Below, in pieces: positions 35,618 through 35,925 of a stretch of DNA of 35,925 nucleotides. The stretch comes from an uncultured Gemmatimonadaceae bacterium. GTDB lineage: Bacteria > Gemmatimonadota > Gemmatimonadetes > Gemmatimonadales > GWC2-71-9. The notes under the pieces are model-generated. The model made no database searches, was not told the DNA's origin, and was given only the letters and a program-made list of their open reading frames with translations. The position numbers and the translations under genes were made by a program. Every line of letters starts with the position of its first letter. The stretch's first letter is position 1. Location of the stretch: contig CAYINH010000001.1 in assembly GCA_964364615.1 (NCBI GenBank), positions 25,965 to 61,889 on the forward strand, given 5' to 3'.

Positions 35618-35925
35618 ATGATCCAGCAACGGCGCCTTCGATTGCCCCTGTTCGGGCTGATTGCCCTTGTCGCAATCATGTTCGGGGTGGTGTCCTCCGT
35701 GCAGGCGCAGGTGCGCCGGGTGGTCACCGGCGGGACCTTTACCCCAGGGAGCCAGGTGCTGTTCGCCACCGACTTCTCTCAGGACGCTCCCGGCAACTTT
35801 CCCGCCGGACTCAAGTACCTGAGCGGCCCCCTCGAGGTAGTTCAGCTGGAGGGCGTCAACCTGCTCCGCAGCATCGGCCACGGCGAGTTCATCATCCCCC
35901 TCGCCCAGTCCCTGCCCCAGGACTT
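35618..35925 (+). CDS. Paralog of the preceding OmpA-family protein (N-terminal part only; runs off the window)
   Basis: Not in the track because there is no stop in the window. ATG 35618 is preceded by GAGGA 7 nt upstream. The signal peptide is LFGLIALVAIMFGVVSSVQAQ. The segment TPGSQVLFATDFSQDAPGNFPAGLKYLSGPLEVVQLEGVNLLRS aligns with VPGNRVIFFTDFSEDKVGNFANRLRFVGGAIDVVEVDGVKMLRS of the upstream gene. Confidence 0.75.
   Translation, partial: MIQQRRLRLPLFGLIALVAIMFGVVSSVQAQVRRVVTGGTFTPGSQVLFATDFSQDAPGNFPAGLKYLSGPLEVVQLEGVNLLRSIGHGEFIIPLAQSLPQD

Overview
This is a high-GC bacterial chromosomal window, roughly 67-72% G+C on the lines I sampled by eye. It is densely coding on both strands, and I found no rRNA, tRNA or CRISPR array. 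Many long ORFs in the track are antisense shadow frames typical of high-GC DNA. I chose frames by recognisable domains, G/C third-position bias, Shine-Dalgarno (SD) sites and start/stop coupling.

Layout:
- (1) 1-4.4 kb: a BNR/Asp-box propeller (5' partial), a GNAT acetyltransferase, a sharply AT-rich palindromic promoter driving a COG1373-type AAA+ ATPase, and a convergent 490-aa helical protein.
- (2) 4.5-8.5 kb: a 1340-aa chimeric protein combining a SARP winged-helix/BTAD, a STAND ATPase, one TM helix, a TolB-like propeller, a Big_2 domain and a LamG-like domain.
- (3) 8.7-14.5 kb: a lower-GC island with A/T-rich codon third positions. It encodes two lipoproteins and a 1124-aa multi-Ig secreted protein, and ends at a truncated IS3 orfA.
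- (4) 14.6-30.7 kb: a phenylacetate (paa) catabolic supercluster with paaABCD, paaG/H/I, paaJ/Y/Z and an extra crotonase. It lacks paaK, paaE and paaX/paaR. A sulfatase sits after paaD, and a fused E1alpha-beta/E2 2-oxoacid dehydrogenase is translationally coupled to paaI.
- (5) 30.9-35.9 kb: a second membrane-anchored SARP-TPR regulator, divergent from a DUF11 protein and two tandem OmpA-family paralogs.

The best candidate for an undescribed system is the giant membrane-spanning SARP-STAND-TolB regulator together with the divergently transcribed, apparently horizontally acquired three-gene envelope island. Second is the paa-embedded 2-oxoacid dehydrogenase, a possible phenylpyruvate to phenylacetyl-CoA entry route. 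All homology statements come from motif recognition by eye, not database searches.
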